Positions 49,801 through 62,235 of a stretch of DNA of 64,000 bases are shown one piece after another. The number at the start of each line of letters is the position of its first letter. Positions within the stretch are counted from its first letter, which is position 1. This DNA is from Leptogorgia sarmentosa. Lineage: Eukaryota. The stretch is from the NCBI GenBank assembly GCA_964658305.1, contig OZ210885.1:15500001-15564000 (forward strand). The letters run 5' to 3'. Both the position numbers and the translations under genes were made by a program. The notes under the pieces were generated by a model. That model was not told the origin of the DNA, ran no database searches, and saw only the letters and a program-made list of their open reading frames with translations.

Positions 49801-52800
49801 TACCAGTATGAGGTACATAATTTATCTTTCCATCTTCAACATCTAAACGATTTAAGGGTACTCTTTCTGCACAATTATCCAGAACGTCTTCCATGAACAT
49901 TTTATAATCTGCCAAGAATTTTGAATTTCTTCTAAATCTCATCAAAAGCTGCTGCCATCTTTTTACTGCCAGAGGTCTGTTCTTGGGCAACACAACTGCA
50001 TCTGTCTTAAGGGGTAGAGGCATCTCATAATGACCGTCAGGAAGTTGTTTTATTCCGTTCTCCAAAATTCGTATGAATCTTTCGTCCTCAACGGAGTATG
50101 CTTGCCGTTCTGTATGTCTTTCGAAAAAATCTGATTCCAATACTTCCAAAACTTTCTGGGGGTGTATAATTTCCTTAGCCTTTGTTGCAAATGTAAAATT
50201 CGGGTACGAATCTACGACAATCTTGTTACAATATCCATCTGGAATTTCATCGCCTTTCTCAGAAGACTTACATACATTGCCAATTATTCCCCAACCTAAC
50301 AAAGATCTCTGTCCATATGGATCATCATCTCTTCCCACGATTACTTCTCGCGGCCTGACTATCCTCGGACAATTATTTCCAATCAATATGGAAATTTCAA
50401 CATTGGGGTCATACGGCATCATCTTATCCGCGATAACACGCAGATGCTCCCACTGAGCTGCAACTTCTGGCTTTGGGATTTGTGACCTATTTGATGGAAT
50501 ATCATTCCTCATGAACAACACAGGTAACTTCACTACAAGTTCACGTTTATAATCCAAGACTTTGAGTCCACAAATTCGGGTACTTTGGATGCGTACTTTA
50601 CTTTCCTGCATAGTTGACAACAATAACTCAGTAGATGGCCCTTGCACACCCAGTTGATTGCACAGGTTCTTTGATATAAAACTCACGTTTGATTGATCGT
50701 CTAAGATTGCATACTGCAAAAATTCTTTGCTTGGCTCATCTGAGGGTCGCGCCCACACAGGAACTATCATTGCATTGTCAGTACCCCCATCCTGATCGAG
50801 AAGTGGACATACATTAATACAGTTAGACGATCCCTCTTTTTCTTTCCCCTTTTCTTTATCTTTGTCTTCATTCTTCGTTATGTGGAGACATGTAGGATGT
50901 AATTTGGAGCATTCATCGCATTTTGATCTATGTTTACAATTGGCTATCACATGACCATCACCGCAACATCCAAGGCAAAGATTTTTCTTGAAAAAGAAAT
51001 TCTTCCTTTCTTTGAAAGACTTTCCAGCAAACGTCTCACAAGAGTTAATATCATGATCTCCTCTGCAAGATATACAGTTCTTCGAATTTTCTAACTTTTT
51101 TCCTTTTGTACTCTTGTCATCAAAATTCTTCTGATCTGGTTGCTGTGTATGCACTAACACCTGTGCGACTTAAATTTATTCTTTTACCCGGTTTAAAAGT
51201 TTCCTTGAACTTGGAGAGCTCAGCCAGTTCTGGAATATTAGCTTTGTCAGCACAGTCCTTTGTGAAGTCAACAAAATTTGAAAATGGTGGATAACTATCT
51301 TCACCATATATTTCTCTCCATTGCTTTATGTAGTCTCTCCATCTGTTCTGAATATCATAAGGCAACTTTGCTAACATTTTAACGTTTTACTTTGCAAAAT
51401 CTAGTACATTAAGACTTGCAATCGTTGCTTTAGCAGCTTTAATCTTCAACAAGAAATCTGAGAAATCTCTCAAAGCCTCTGCACTTCTTGCTCCAACACT
51501 TGGCCAAGCTTCGAGCTTGCTGATAAAGGTTGAACTGATTACATTACTATTACCATACCTCTCATGAAGTAACGCTTTCTCAGCATGATATGCATGCTCA
51601 GTACCTATTAACAGGAAATGTTCAACAACCTTCTTTGGGTTTCCCGTAACAAACTGACTGAGAAAATTAAGCTTCGTTTGAGCATCCATTGGCTTAGAAT
51701 CAATAAAGGCTTTAAATGAACTATCCCATATTGGGTACTGTAAAGGATCTCCATCAAATATTGGAATAGAGATGTATGGAAGCTGTCTGGATATCACAAT
51801 CTTTCTATTCACATAATTCTGTTCTAACGTAGCTGTGGTTAACTTTGTGTTCACGTCAACAAGCTTGTCCATGCATTTCTCCAAGAGGTTCTCCTGAGGG
51901 ATAGCCACTGCTGGGGAATTACTAGAAAGTTGTGCGGGAATCGGCCTTTTTACAGGATGCGCAGATGGTTTACTTGCTAGGTTACGATCGCTAATATCCG
52001 GCTGTTTCTGTTCAACTGAACAGGTTACATCTGTAGATATAACTGATAGAGAATCAAGAAATTTATTCATCACTTCTTCTTTCGAAGAAATTTGATCTGT
52101 TAATAAACTTTGCTCTGATGCCAAACTAATCCCATCGTCTCGTTCGTTTAAAACACAAACATTCAATTTCGCTCGGTTTTGTGCAATTTCACTTTGCAGC
52201 CGTAACTTTTCTAGCTTCTCTTCGTATTCAGCTTTCATTAGCTCGGTCTTACGTTGTTCTGATTTTAATCTCGTTTCCTCTTCCATGTAAGTTAATTTAA
52301 CACTTAATGCAGCTTGTTTTTGTTCTAAATATAGTTTAGTACTTTTGACAGAGCTTGTCCTGCTCTTCATCGTGCTAGATCGAGTTGACCTTTTAGATTT
52401 CGACGATACACATGAACGAACTTCTGACCTTTGTTGCTCTATATTAAGTTGTTCTAAATACTTTATCTCAGCCTTGATATCTCGTTCAAACTCCCTCCAC
52501 TCACATTCAGTCTGATCCTTTATACGCATTGCCTCAGTAATAATATCTTCCCGACTATTAACGATGCATTTCAGTTCTTCGAAATTATCGTAAAATTCAC
52601 CCAATAACACTTGTGCTTTACCAAGTTCATACTTAATAGAACCAGCGTTCTCACTTTGTCCTCTCAATAACAAGGTAGATCTTACTTGTTTTATGAGTTC
52701 CAGTCTTTTAGCTTTTAGACTCTTTGTCTTCAAATTCACCTGGTACTGCAAACCTTTCTCGGTCAATTTTCGTGTCCTTGGTACTTCGACAAACGTTTCC

Positions 52801-53162
52801 TCAACCACGGCGGCTTCCAGAGCTGCTCCTGTCTCATCACTTGAATCCAACGCCATAATATTCGATTTCTTTTGTCACACAACTAGTTGTAATTGTAGCG
52901 ATCTCAAGCCACACTTCTCTGAGTGTTCTCTTCTTTCGATGCTTTATAGTAGACTCAGCTGTTATTCAATACTTTATTTCTTATAGATTACAACTGTAGT
53001 CTTCGGACAAAAAGAAACTAAATCTGATAACAGCTTATAACTAATGTTAAAATGGCGGTCAATTGTTGTTTTTATATTATTTTCCGCTGACCGGCAGCGC
53101 AGACTCACTTACCTAAATTAATTTATGCTTAATATGCTTAACTGCAAATTGCTGCAGTTATA
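46845..53162 (-). mobile_element. BEL/Pao LTR retrotransposon with both LTRs, internally deleted
   Basis: LTRs at 46845-47114 and 52894-53162 (differ by one indel and three substitutions); PPT AGAGGAGCCA next to 47115; inserted in (TA)n. Confidence 0.95.
47209..52856 (-). pseudogene. BEL/Pao Gag-Pol (Gag, CCHC fingers, protease, RT, integrase; RNase H largely deleted)
   Basis: FDGDPLQY, LDDQSNVS, RVVFDCSA, DIKGMFHQ, FGAASSP, FYVDDG, NPADDASRG, VDFFGPF, CDQGTNF, GGSWERMIR; several stops and frameshifts. Confidence 0.9.
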
Positions 53163-53179
53163 TATATATATATATATAT

Positions 53180-54826
53180 CAGTGCTTCCACAAATCAGAA
53201 TTTAAATTTCCTTTTTACAGGATCAAATTTCCCTTTTTTAAATAAAATTTCCTTGCAAAAGTCATGTAATTTCCTGTAAAATTTCCTTGCCATATTCTCA
53301 ATTTCTCATGAATATTGACGAATTTTCTATCATTGCCTGGTCAAATATATTGGAAACTTAGAATAGTGAACTCTTCTCATTTATAAACCGGAGCGAGAGG
53401 TATTTGGCAAATTAAATATATACATGTTATTTACCAGCTGGGAGGTCCGTACTGGAAAATATTTTGTCGAGGTCTCAAAAACGGCCGAAGGCCGAGGGAC
53501 GTTTTTGAGACCGAGACAAAATATTTTCCAGTACGGACCGACCTAAATGGTAAATAACTTATTTATTTTTTCCCCTCGATGTTATGATAAAATTCGTCAA
53601 AAATTCCAATGTTGCGAACTAGATTTTGAGATCAGTCGTGTTTGTTTACTTTGCTACTCTATCCCAAGTATGGCTGCTAAACAGCCAAGACGAAATGAGA
53701 AAAAAACCTTCAATATTGACGCATTTGCTTCAATATTGATGCTTTTCCTCTCAACATTACAATGAAAAAGGTAAACTTATTAAAATTATTTATTTTCCCG
53801 GTCGTTTCACGATATAAACATGGTTAAAATACGCTTTAGACACGGAAATATTTCGCCGAGAATGTTTTGTTTTGTTCATACTGATGAGACTTGTTTTTGT
53901 TGCTGTAAATATCCCCTAAAATATCCCTTAGCATAATAAAATGAACTTTCATGTGTTCTTTATCGCCTAAATTCGTTTTGAATGTTTTAAAAAAACTTTA
54001 AAAATTTATAGGGAGTCTTTGTAAACAAACTAAGTCGCTAAAAAATAACACTTTTGGACCACGGTCAAGATATCGTAAAAAGCCGCCTGCTGCTTCAGCC
54101 AATCAGATTGCAGGAAATCAAAAAATATCACTAGGCATACACAAAGAAAAAATAAAATGTGAATATTTCGCTGGATGCCTCGAGCGGCGCCGGAGGGTCA
54201 ATAAATCCTTAAATATACCAAAAAAAATACTTTTATAAAAAGAGAGATCAGGCTCCGCTATTTTTAATCTTCAAATTTGGAGACCTAGAACATCAGTTGA
54301 CGATGAATTCGTCGGACCACCCACATATTGCCTTTTCATGGTTTTCCACGAGCGATTTTTGGCCAAGCTAGTTACATTATCGTTATTTTTTAGGCTAACT
54401 TTGAAATCTAATATCTAAAAATCTACGAACTACGAAGGTTAATAGTTCATATTGCAATTCGCAAGCCGGTTTGCAAACAAAGTCTGTGATTGGTCCTTAT
54501 AATCAAGGAAGCCAATTAAATGTTTCGCTCGAACTTTGGAATTTCATGTTTACTGAATGCTGAAATTGACAATAATACGCCATTTACTAGGCCAAATATA
54601 GGTCAAAGGTATTTGATGAAATAAACTAAATGAAAATTTCTAGTTTGGAGTACTTTAGACAAGAATAATATTTGTTTTTTGATGATTTTTACGATTTCCT
54701 TTCTAATTCCTTGTTCGAAATAGAATTTCCTCACCATTTCCTTGTAGATTTCATTCCCTTGCACATTTCCTTCCAAATGCCAAAAATTCCTTTTGCAGCA
54801 AAATTTCCTTGCAAGTGGAAGCCCTG
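53180..54826. mobile_element. hAT-like non-autonomous element in (TA)n
   Basis: TIR CAGTGCTTCCAC / GTGGAAGCCCTG; many AATTTCC subterminal repeats at both ends; ATATATAT flanks. Confidence 0.75.
53418..54157. mobile_element. Non-autonomous hairpin element (Crypton-like), nested
   Basis: Hairpin at ~53426-53558 centred on GGCCGAAGGCCGAGG; TTTATTTTTTC after the hairpin is inverted to the terminal GAAAAAATAAA; CCAATCAG near the far end, as in 2191-2651. Confidence 0.6.
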
Positions 54827-54883
54827 ATATATATATACAACCGAATAGCTGGCTACGATTCAAGAGAATGCTAAAGATACTAA

Positions 54884-54946
54884 AGTAATAAAATTTAATT
54901 AAATTTTCGACTGAATGTCTCAGCCTTCCTCAGAAATAATATTACT
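54884..54946 (-). ncRNA. Hammerhead ribozyme-like motif in the inverted pLTR
   Basis: CTGAGGA-A-GGCTGA-GACAT-TCAGTC-GAAA with the palindromic stem III AAAATTTAATTAAATTTT; stem I is weak. Confidence 0.6.
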
Positions 54947-57610
54947 GATAATTTCTAACCTATATATACACCAATAAATATGCAAATAATACAGTTGTGA
55001 TAACTAATTAAGCTTAGTGATAAACAAAGAAGTCACTGTTGCACAAAATCATGACTATCATTTAACCCTCCCCGATTAGTCAAAAGGGTCCCAATCCAGA
55101 AGTTTTCACATTCCAACAGATTACCACACCGCTTGTCAATCAACATAAATTTCAAATACGAATGATCAGCCCCGTGGCAATCCAGGAAGTGATTGACAAT
55201 ACTACAAGTTCTGCGCCTATGCTTAATGTGTGACTTGTAGTTCGCAAGGCGGGCCTTGAAATTAACAGTGGAACCAACACCCTGCAGACCACAACCCAAA
55301 CACGTGGCAAGATATACCACTCCCTTGGACGTACATGTAAGCGATTTACAGATTTTATAAACTTTCTTGGTAATAAGGGAACGAAAAGTGTGCCCTTCTA
55401 ACAGAAAATTCTTACAGCAGTCACAATGCTTAGCTTAGTGGTTGTGCACTTTGAGAGAACTATATCCGTTGGAAGAAAGTCATATCTTGCAGAAATTAGA
55501 AGAAAGGACTAAAATATTCAACGACATCAACGAGAGAAAGCGGTTACAAAAGTATGTTCGTGATAATATTCAACCTACACTTGGAAACAACACCAGCATT
55601 TCCAACCCAACAACAGCAGCTGACTCTACCACTCAAGCGAGACATCAACCAATCAATCTTACTGATGTACCGATTAATCCAGCATTAGCAGAACTTTGTA
55701 AAAGAGGCCCATCGTTTGTTCCTACACCAGTTAGTGTAGATTGGAATGATTTACAGCAAAATTGGCTGCAATTTACAAAGAAGGTGAGGTGGCAGGCATT
55801 CTTTCATTCTCATGATAAATCAGGGACACGCGACGAAAACGTTTTGAATCCACCTAGACGAAAGTCGACTAAAGATCCTCCATTATCTGGAGTTCCTGCA
55901 ATTGAAGTCTTTCTCGACCGTGTTGAGAAAGATCTGTTTAAAGAAACTGCGTTTAAGAATGTTCCCGATAATGTAACACCAGAAGAAAGAAAGGCTTTGA
56001 AAGAATTTCGTTCTACACCAGTGGAGAAACGTAATTCGGTTATACGAATACAAGATAAAGGTAACAATTTTGTGTTTTTGAACAGTGACTTAGATCAAAG
56101 TAAAGTGAAGGAACAGATGGACCGGAGTGATTTTGAAGTTTTAAGCGAGGATCCTTCGCAAAAGACTATTGTAGAAATTGACAAGTGGGTAGATAAGTGG
56201 AAGCCTTGGGGATTATCAGATAAGTGGATTGAATTTATTACTGAGAATACCAATGCTCACCCAGGTGTGAATTATCCCTTGATAAAAACACATAAGGTCA
56301 ACAACCCAGCTAGAGTTATAACTTCTGGCTGTCGTACTTCCACGGAGAATTTGTCTCTGTTTGTGGAAAAATATTGTAAAGTTGTAGTAGATTCTATTTC
56401 TTGCCGAGTAAGGGATACTTCGCACATGCTGGGGATAATTGATAGTCTCAATGAAAAAGGAATATTAGACGGAGACATGTTGGTGAGTTTTGATATTATC
56501 AACATGTTTCCCTCTATAGATAATGACACAGGGGTAGAGAGAGTGTGTTGCAAATTAACGGAATTCTCTGATAGTTTGCATATGCCTGTTGAATGAATTA
56601 TTGAGGCTTTAGAAATTTGTTTGAAGAAAAATTGTTCTACTTACCGTGGACAATTTTGGCTTCAAAAGAATGGTACAGCTATGGGACCCAAAAATTCTTG
56701 TTCCTATGCAGATATTGTGGCGGAGAACATAGATAAAAAGGTTTTAGAGTCTAAGGCGCTGTACCCTGAATTGCGAACCTGGTTTCGTTTTCGGGACGAC
56801 ACATTTGCAATTTGGCGTGGTACGGTGGAAAGACTGCACAGTTTTTTCAATACATTAAATTCATTCGACTCATATTTACAATTTACTATGGAAATAGGCG
56901 GGAGTTCTTTGAATTTTCTGGACCTCTGTATTACTATTGAACAGGGTCGCTTGGAAACGTCGGTTTATAGTAAACCCACCGATGCGCATTTATATCTTAA
57001 TGGTAATTCGTACCACCCCAGATCACAGATACTGGGCATCGCAAAGGGTGTAGCGCTTAGATTACGTAGGATATGCTCCAAGGAAGAGGACTTTCGTGCC
57101 AAAAGTGCGGAATATGCCAATTATTTAATTGAATGCGGACATGAAAAAGAGCATGTCTTAGATAAATTTAGAGAAGTAGGTAATATTTCTAGGGAAGATG
57201 CACGTAAAAGTAAGAAAAAGTCCAATGAGGGATATTGTTGTTTAATTACTAAGTATAATCCGCGTGGACCAGACATACAAAAAATTATAAATAAACACCA
57301 CAAGTCTATCATCTGTTGTGATGAGAGAGCCAGAGATATTCTACCCGAGAAGGTTATTCGTGTGTCTTTTAAGCGCAACGCCAATTTAAAGGAGTTATTG
57401 GCTCCCTCCAACCCATATGGTAAGGAAAATACTCAAGTAGAACAATTCGGTTGCTTTAATTGTACAGCTAAGCGTTGTGACTGCTGTAAGAATTTTCTGT
57501 TAAAAGGGCACACTTTTCGTTCCCTTATTACCAAGAAAGTTTATAAAATCTGTAAATCGCTTACATGTATGTCCAAGGGAGTGGTATATCTTGCCGAGTG
57601 TTTGGCTTGT

Positions 57611-57851
57611 GGGGCCGGTTGTACGAAGCCCGTTTAGCCTAAACGGTGGATAAGCCAAAATTTAATAACACTCTCACAACTCTTGTAAACGTATGAATTT
57701 AAATTTCATGCACTAAATACGTAGTGGCAGTCATAGATGTTCTGTTCATGTTGAGAACTTTCAGTTTTGTTGTTCAATGAATTGATAGACTTGTTTTTAT
57801 TTTTCAGCTTATCCGCCGTTTAGGTTAAACGGGCTTCGTACAACCGGCCCC
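57611..57851. mobile_element. Harbinger-like MITE interrupting the GIY-YIG coding region
   Basis: TIR GGGGCCGGTTGTACGAAGCCCGTTTA..; absent from the inverted copy at ~55290. Confidence 0.85.
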
Positions 57852-58147
57852 TGGTCTGCAGGGTGTTGGTTCCACTGTTAATTTCAAGGCCCGCCTTGCG
57901 AACTACAAGTCACACATTAAGCGTAGGCGCAGAACTTGTAGTATTGTCAATCACTTCCTGGATTGCCACGGGGCTGATCATTCGTATTTGAAATTTATGT
58001 TGATTGACAAGCGGTGTGGTAATCTCACGCTGGGCACGAAAGGCTGTAAAATCGGCCGGTTTAGCTTGTTGCCGTTATTCTTAGTCAGTGGTCACTCCTA
58101 TGGCGCTGCTGTATACTTCATGTAGTTTTTCACATATATAATTCAAA

Positions 58148-58900
58148 ATGGCAGAAACATTTGGAGTGGAAGAAGCCATTGAGCGCATTTTTAGTAAAGA
58201 ATATGACGTTATGGTAGAGGAATCAGAAGAGGAACAAGAAAGTAACACAGATATTGGATCCCGGGAAGAAATAAGAAAATGTTTGAACTCATTTCAAGGG
58301 AGCACTGGCTTCGATAAAGAGATGTTTACGAGTGTTGGTGAAAAGGTGCTATTGCCACTGATCAACTTGTGCAAATCTGAACCAAACACAATAGAAAAAG
58401 TTCTTCGAACTACCTCAATAAATGCGGCTTGTCTACTTCAACACGAGTCTCAACTGTGGCTGGCCGCTATCCACAGACGGCTCGCTGGGAGAAGAAGTGT
58501 GAGACATCCGTATTATGCAGAAATTCATCGCGACATTCCAGTTGACCTTTTTACTGCACTGTCTCACTCCATAACAGTTACAAAGGATCCAAAATTGGGG
58601 GAACCTATGTGTTATATAAAGGGAAACAGCAAAGGTAAAGTGGTTTCTTTAACAGACATCAAGTCCGTAATCTACTTGCTAACATTGTTGTCTGGCAAGC
58701 GGCAAGAAGAGGTGACATTTTATTTGAAAAGAACGCTTGGGGGAGCACGGAAAAATCACAAAACAAAGGTTCTAGTCTCCCAAGAAAAAGATTTTGGACT
58801 TATTTATTGTTACAATAAAGGGCAGTTGACAATATCTTTTAATTATGGTGAATGGAACTCCTTTGGGTTTCCTCAACATAACTGCAAATTAAATGTTTGA
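58148..58900 (+). CDS. Hypothetical 250-aa protein, putative partner of the RAG1-like transposase
   Basis: Intact ORF with AAAATGG start context, acidic N-terminus and no recognised domain. Confidence 0.6.
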   Translation: MAETFGVEEAIERIFSKEYDVMVEESEEEQESNTDIGSREEIRKCLNSFQGSTGFDKEMFTSVGEKVLLPLINLCKSEPNTIEKVLRTTSINAACLLQHESQLWLAAIHRRLAGRRSVRHPYYAEIHRDIPVDLFTALSHSITVTKDPKLGEPMCYIKGNSKGKVVSLTDIKSVIYLLTLLSGKRQEEVTFYLKRTLGGARKNHKTKVLVSQEKDFGLIYCYNKGQLTISFNYGEWNSFGFPQHNCKLNV

Positions 58901-60072
58901 AATTTGTACTTTCACTGATGACTTTACTATGGTAGACTTCACAATTATATTTTTATTGTAGCTACTGTAAAATACTGTTTATTAGGGAGTAAATTTCGTG
59001 AAAGTTTTTTCTTCTTCGTTGTAGTCAAATGATATCACAATTAAAACAAAAATATAAAAGCAGGGGCTTTGCACCCTACCTGGAATCTCTAGCACCTATT
59101 ATTATATCCCGCACAAACATATTAGCATCACACTTATGGTAATAGAAATTTCTATGATTTGTGACACTTTGGACACCCGCTAAGGTAGATGTATCCCTAT
59201 ACACAACTGATACATATACAGCAGTGGCAAAGCTACCTATGACAACAAGTCGTGCTAATATTTTTTTTTGCCATGGGTAGCTTCTCCACTGACATCCTCT
59301 CTGATCTGCCAAAGAAGCTAGACTTGACATTAAGAATCCTCAACCGTGTGGGTCCAGCGAATTGTTATGCAGTTACTCAGTGAATCACTGCTCAGTACTT
59401 AGTTCCATATATTTTTTGCTCTGGACTACTTCACAGATTATGCAGTACAATTAAAAAGTGTATCATCAATTTATTTCAAGTATCAATAAATATATAAATA
59501 TATAATAAATATAATACATTAAAAATAATGCATTGTCAGTAATACATTAAAAGAGATATAAAAATAACTTTGAATAAAATGCAGTGGTGTGCAGGCCGAG
59601 GAAACTCTATGATGCTATCATGATCAGGGCAAAAAGCATTTGATTTCCGTCAATATCACTTTTTAAATTATATAACACATCCTGTCCAGATACACAAAAT
59701 CCTACAAGCTTTCCTAACAAACAAGATGGTACAGTATTTCATTGTACTGTATTTTACTTATAAAAATAAAAAGTCATAGATAAACATGAAATACTGAAAT
59801 GTGCTGGATTTCTACATCGTAAAGTCTTGTGCCAGTATGTGGAAAGTATGAGGTGCAAATCACAGCATAGCTACTATCGGTACTCACTGCTTGAGGCAAA
59901 ATGTGTAACTTAAAAGATACAAAGCACAATGCAATGCCCAACATAACTCTCAACCCAAGTTGTCATCCTCAACCACCAACATGAAAATCTATGATAAAAT
60001 ATACACGGCTTGCAACCAACAACATCCTGCAACTAACATCTTGCAACCAACATGCAACTTAACTTGCATGGC

Positions 60073-62200
60073 TTATTTTTTCAAAAAACCCGTAACCTTA
60101 TCCATAATTTGTTTTCTCAATTTATGGCTACAAAACCTGCAACTGGCTGTCTGAACCTCTTTTTCACACCCACAGTAGCAAAATTTAGAATCTTCTGTGG
60201 CACGCTTAGGGATATAAATATGACGCGGACTGCATTCGGATGCTGGTTTTCCAATGTCCATGCAGTAGGGTGGTGGTCAAAATGCAGATAATGTAGGACA
60301 AAATATGCTCGACAGTTTTTCTCTAAATCATCTAACTGTGAATCGGTTACATCGATTCGATTGAACACAGACACACAATCTCGCAGGGTTAAACACAAGT
60401 AAGCAAGCACATGAAATGCAAACAATGCCTTAGTTTTATCTTTCAAAAATGGTTCCATAGCAGCAATTAGGTACATGAAGTTTTGCAAAAAGCACCGAGA
60501 ATCTTTTCCAGGGAATCTATAATCAAACTTGCTATCTCGGTTTTCATTGAACCACCTGATAATCTTGCTTGCAAGTCTTCTAAGGTTGCATTTAGTTCTC
60601 ATTGCATGAATATATCTGTGAAATGGTGAAGTGTTGGGAACCTGCAGGAATGATTTCATTGCACTGGGTAATTGAGAAATCAGTAATACCTCTTGTAAAA
60701 GTAGCCTGTGGGCTAGTGCACATGCATTGTTTTTGAGGTGCAAAGGATCGATATGGATCCTATCAACCATTGGGCCTAGGAGTGGTTTAAATTCTTGCCT
60801 ACTGTTTTTGCTGGCTATGAAATTAGTTACTTTGGACCGCTTAGTATTTTCTGCTATCTTTTGTTTTGCGACAGTCTGCTTGAACGTTTTAACACTTTGA
60901 GCTACTTTTACCCTTTCCGAATAATTCCACGGATGCCATTTTTTGTCTTTTTCCTTGCCAAACTGGCCGTTTAAATCAGTTGGCATCTTTGCTAGAAACA
61001 TTGGCAAATGAGCAAAAATATGTGGCACTATTAGTCAACTCACCACACAAAAAGGCAACCATCTTCAAATCGTTAGGGAATTCTGAGATATGAAATCTGA
61101 CATTTACTGTACATGTCTGCCCTTCTAATGTAGTGTATGTGCATTGAAAGGCTTGATGTTCAATGTATTGTATATCAGACACTAGCATCTTAATGTAACG
61201 TTGAACTGGAATGCAGGTTTCTGAACAATTAGCACCGAATAGGTGCCCCATCACCACCCAGGGAAACATGAAACTTATGTTCTTCCTCAAACCACTCAAG
61301 TGTGTGACCACTACAACCAGAAGATAAAATTCTGCCAACTTTACCAACAATTCTGCCAAATTCCTATAACAACCACGTACCTTGTATTCCTCATCAAGAC
61401 CTTCACAAAGTGTTTCATAAACACTATACATAGATCCTACTGGTGTAGACTTGATAAAAGGCATCAATTTGTTATATGGCACAAGCCTAGGGATGGGACA
61501 ATTATTGACGGAAAGCCAAACATGTTTTTTACCCTTACCACCTTGCATAGCAATCTTGTAGCAGGAATCTTTATATATCTTTCGATACTTTTTCTTTCCG
61601 GCTACACCACCACTATAGTACACTGATACGCTGCGAACCATATTTTAAGTGGAAGATTCAAATTCCGTTAATTTAGGCTTGTAAATACTAGGCATAACTG
61701 ATTGATTAAACTTTCGATTAACCGACATTAAATCTACTAAAATACTTGTACTACACTTAACCAATGCTGTGTCCACAATCCCCGTTGCTCCTGGTACGTC
61801 TGTTTCTTCACTTCCGCCATGAATATTTTGAGCTGCAGCAAATGTTTCTTTCCTTCTCTGTCTCAAAACTTTTGCACTAGGTGAGAATTTCTTATTTTCA
61901 AACTTTGTAGGACGTTTCTTTCTACTCTCCACTGTTCTGTCTGATAGAACGCTACACTGTGTAAACTTGGACTTGTCTGGCAAGCTATCTACCTCATCTT
62001 CCAAATTCGAAATCTACAGTACATATAAGTAATAAAAAATAAGCTGTATATTCAATGCACAGCTTAATAATTCTCTGTGACTGTACCTATATAAAATTTA
62101 TGTGTAACGACTGCTCATGTTGCATATTATAATACCTTTTACAATTATACAATGAGTAAACAAAAATAAACTAATGAAGTTTATACCTTGGCATCCATGC
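60073..62200 (-). pseudogene. RAG1/Transib-like DDE transposase (stop, frameshifts, two deletions)
   Basis: SLGGDGAP (~61250, shifted frame), PNDLKMVAFLCGELTNSATYFCSF (~61070), IDPLHLKNN (~60748), RFPGKDSR, C-terminal FCYCG..CRFC; the region expected to hold the catalytic E is deleted near 60255. Confidence 0.6.
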
Positions 62201-62235
62201 GTTTCTTTCGTTCTTGTAAACCTCGTAATATTTTA

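Larger units (their letters stand above)
54838..58025 (+). mobile_element. Penelope-like retroelement (Neptune-type) with inverted 5' pseudo-LTR
   Basis: RT ORF 55442-57637 (QDKG, LIKTHK, FDIINMFPSI, GTAMGP, RFRDD, NFLD, YSKPTD), Cys linker and GIY-YIG; 54838-55434 is an inverted copy of the element's 3' end. Confidence 0.9.
58026..62235. mobile_element. RAG1/Transib-like DNA transposon with two convergent genes; only one end visible
   Basis: Penelope homology stops exactly at CACGCTG (58026); contains ORF 58148-58900 (+) and a transposase on the minus strand. Confidence 0.55.

Noticed and set aside
58148..58900. RAG2-like protein
   Set aside because: No repeated GG kelch motifs or PHD finger, and too short; kept as an unknown partner.
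59076..59330. 84-aa ORF with a hydrophobic segment
   Set aside because: No motif or supporting exons; cannot be distinguished from chance.
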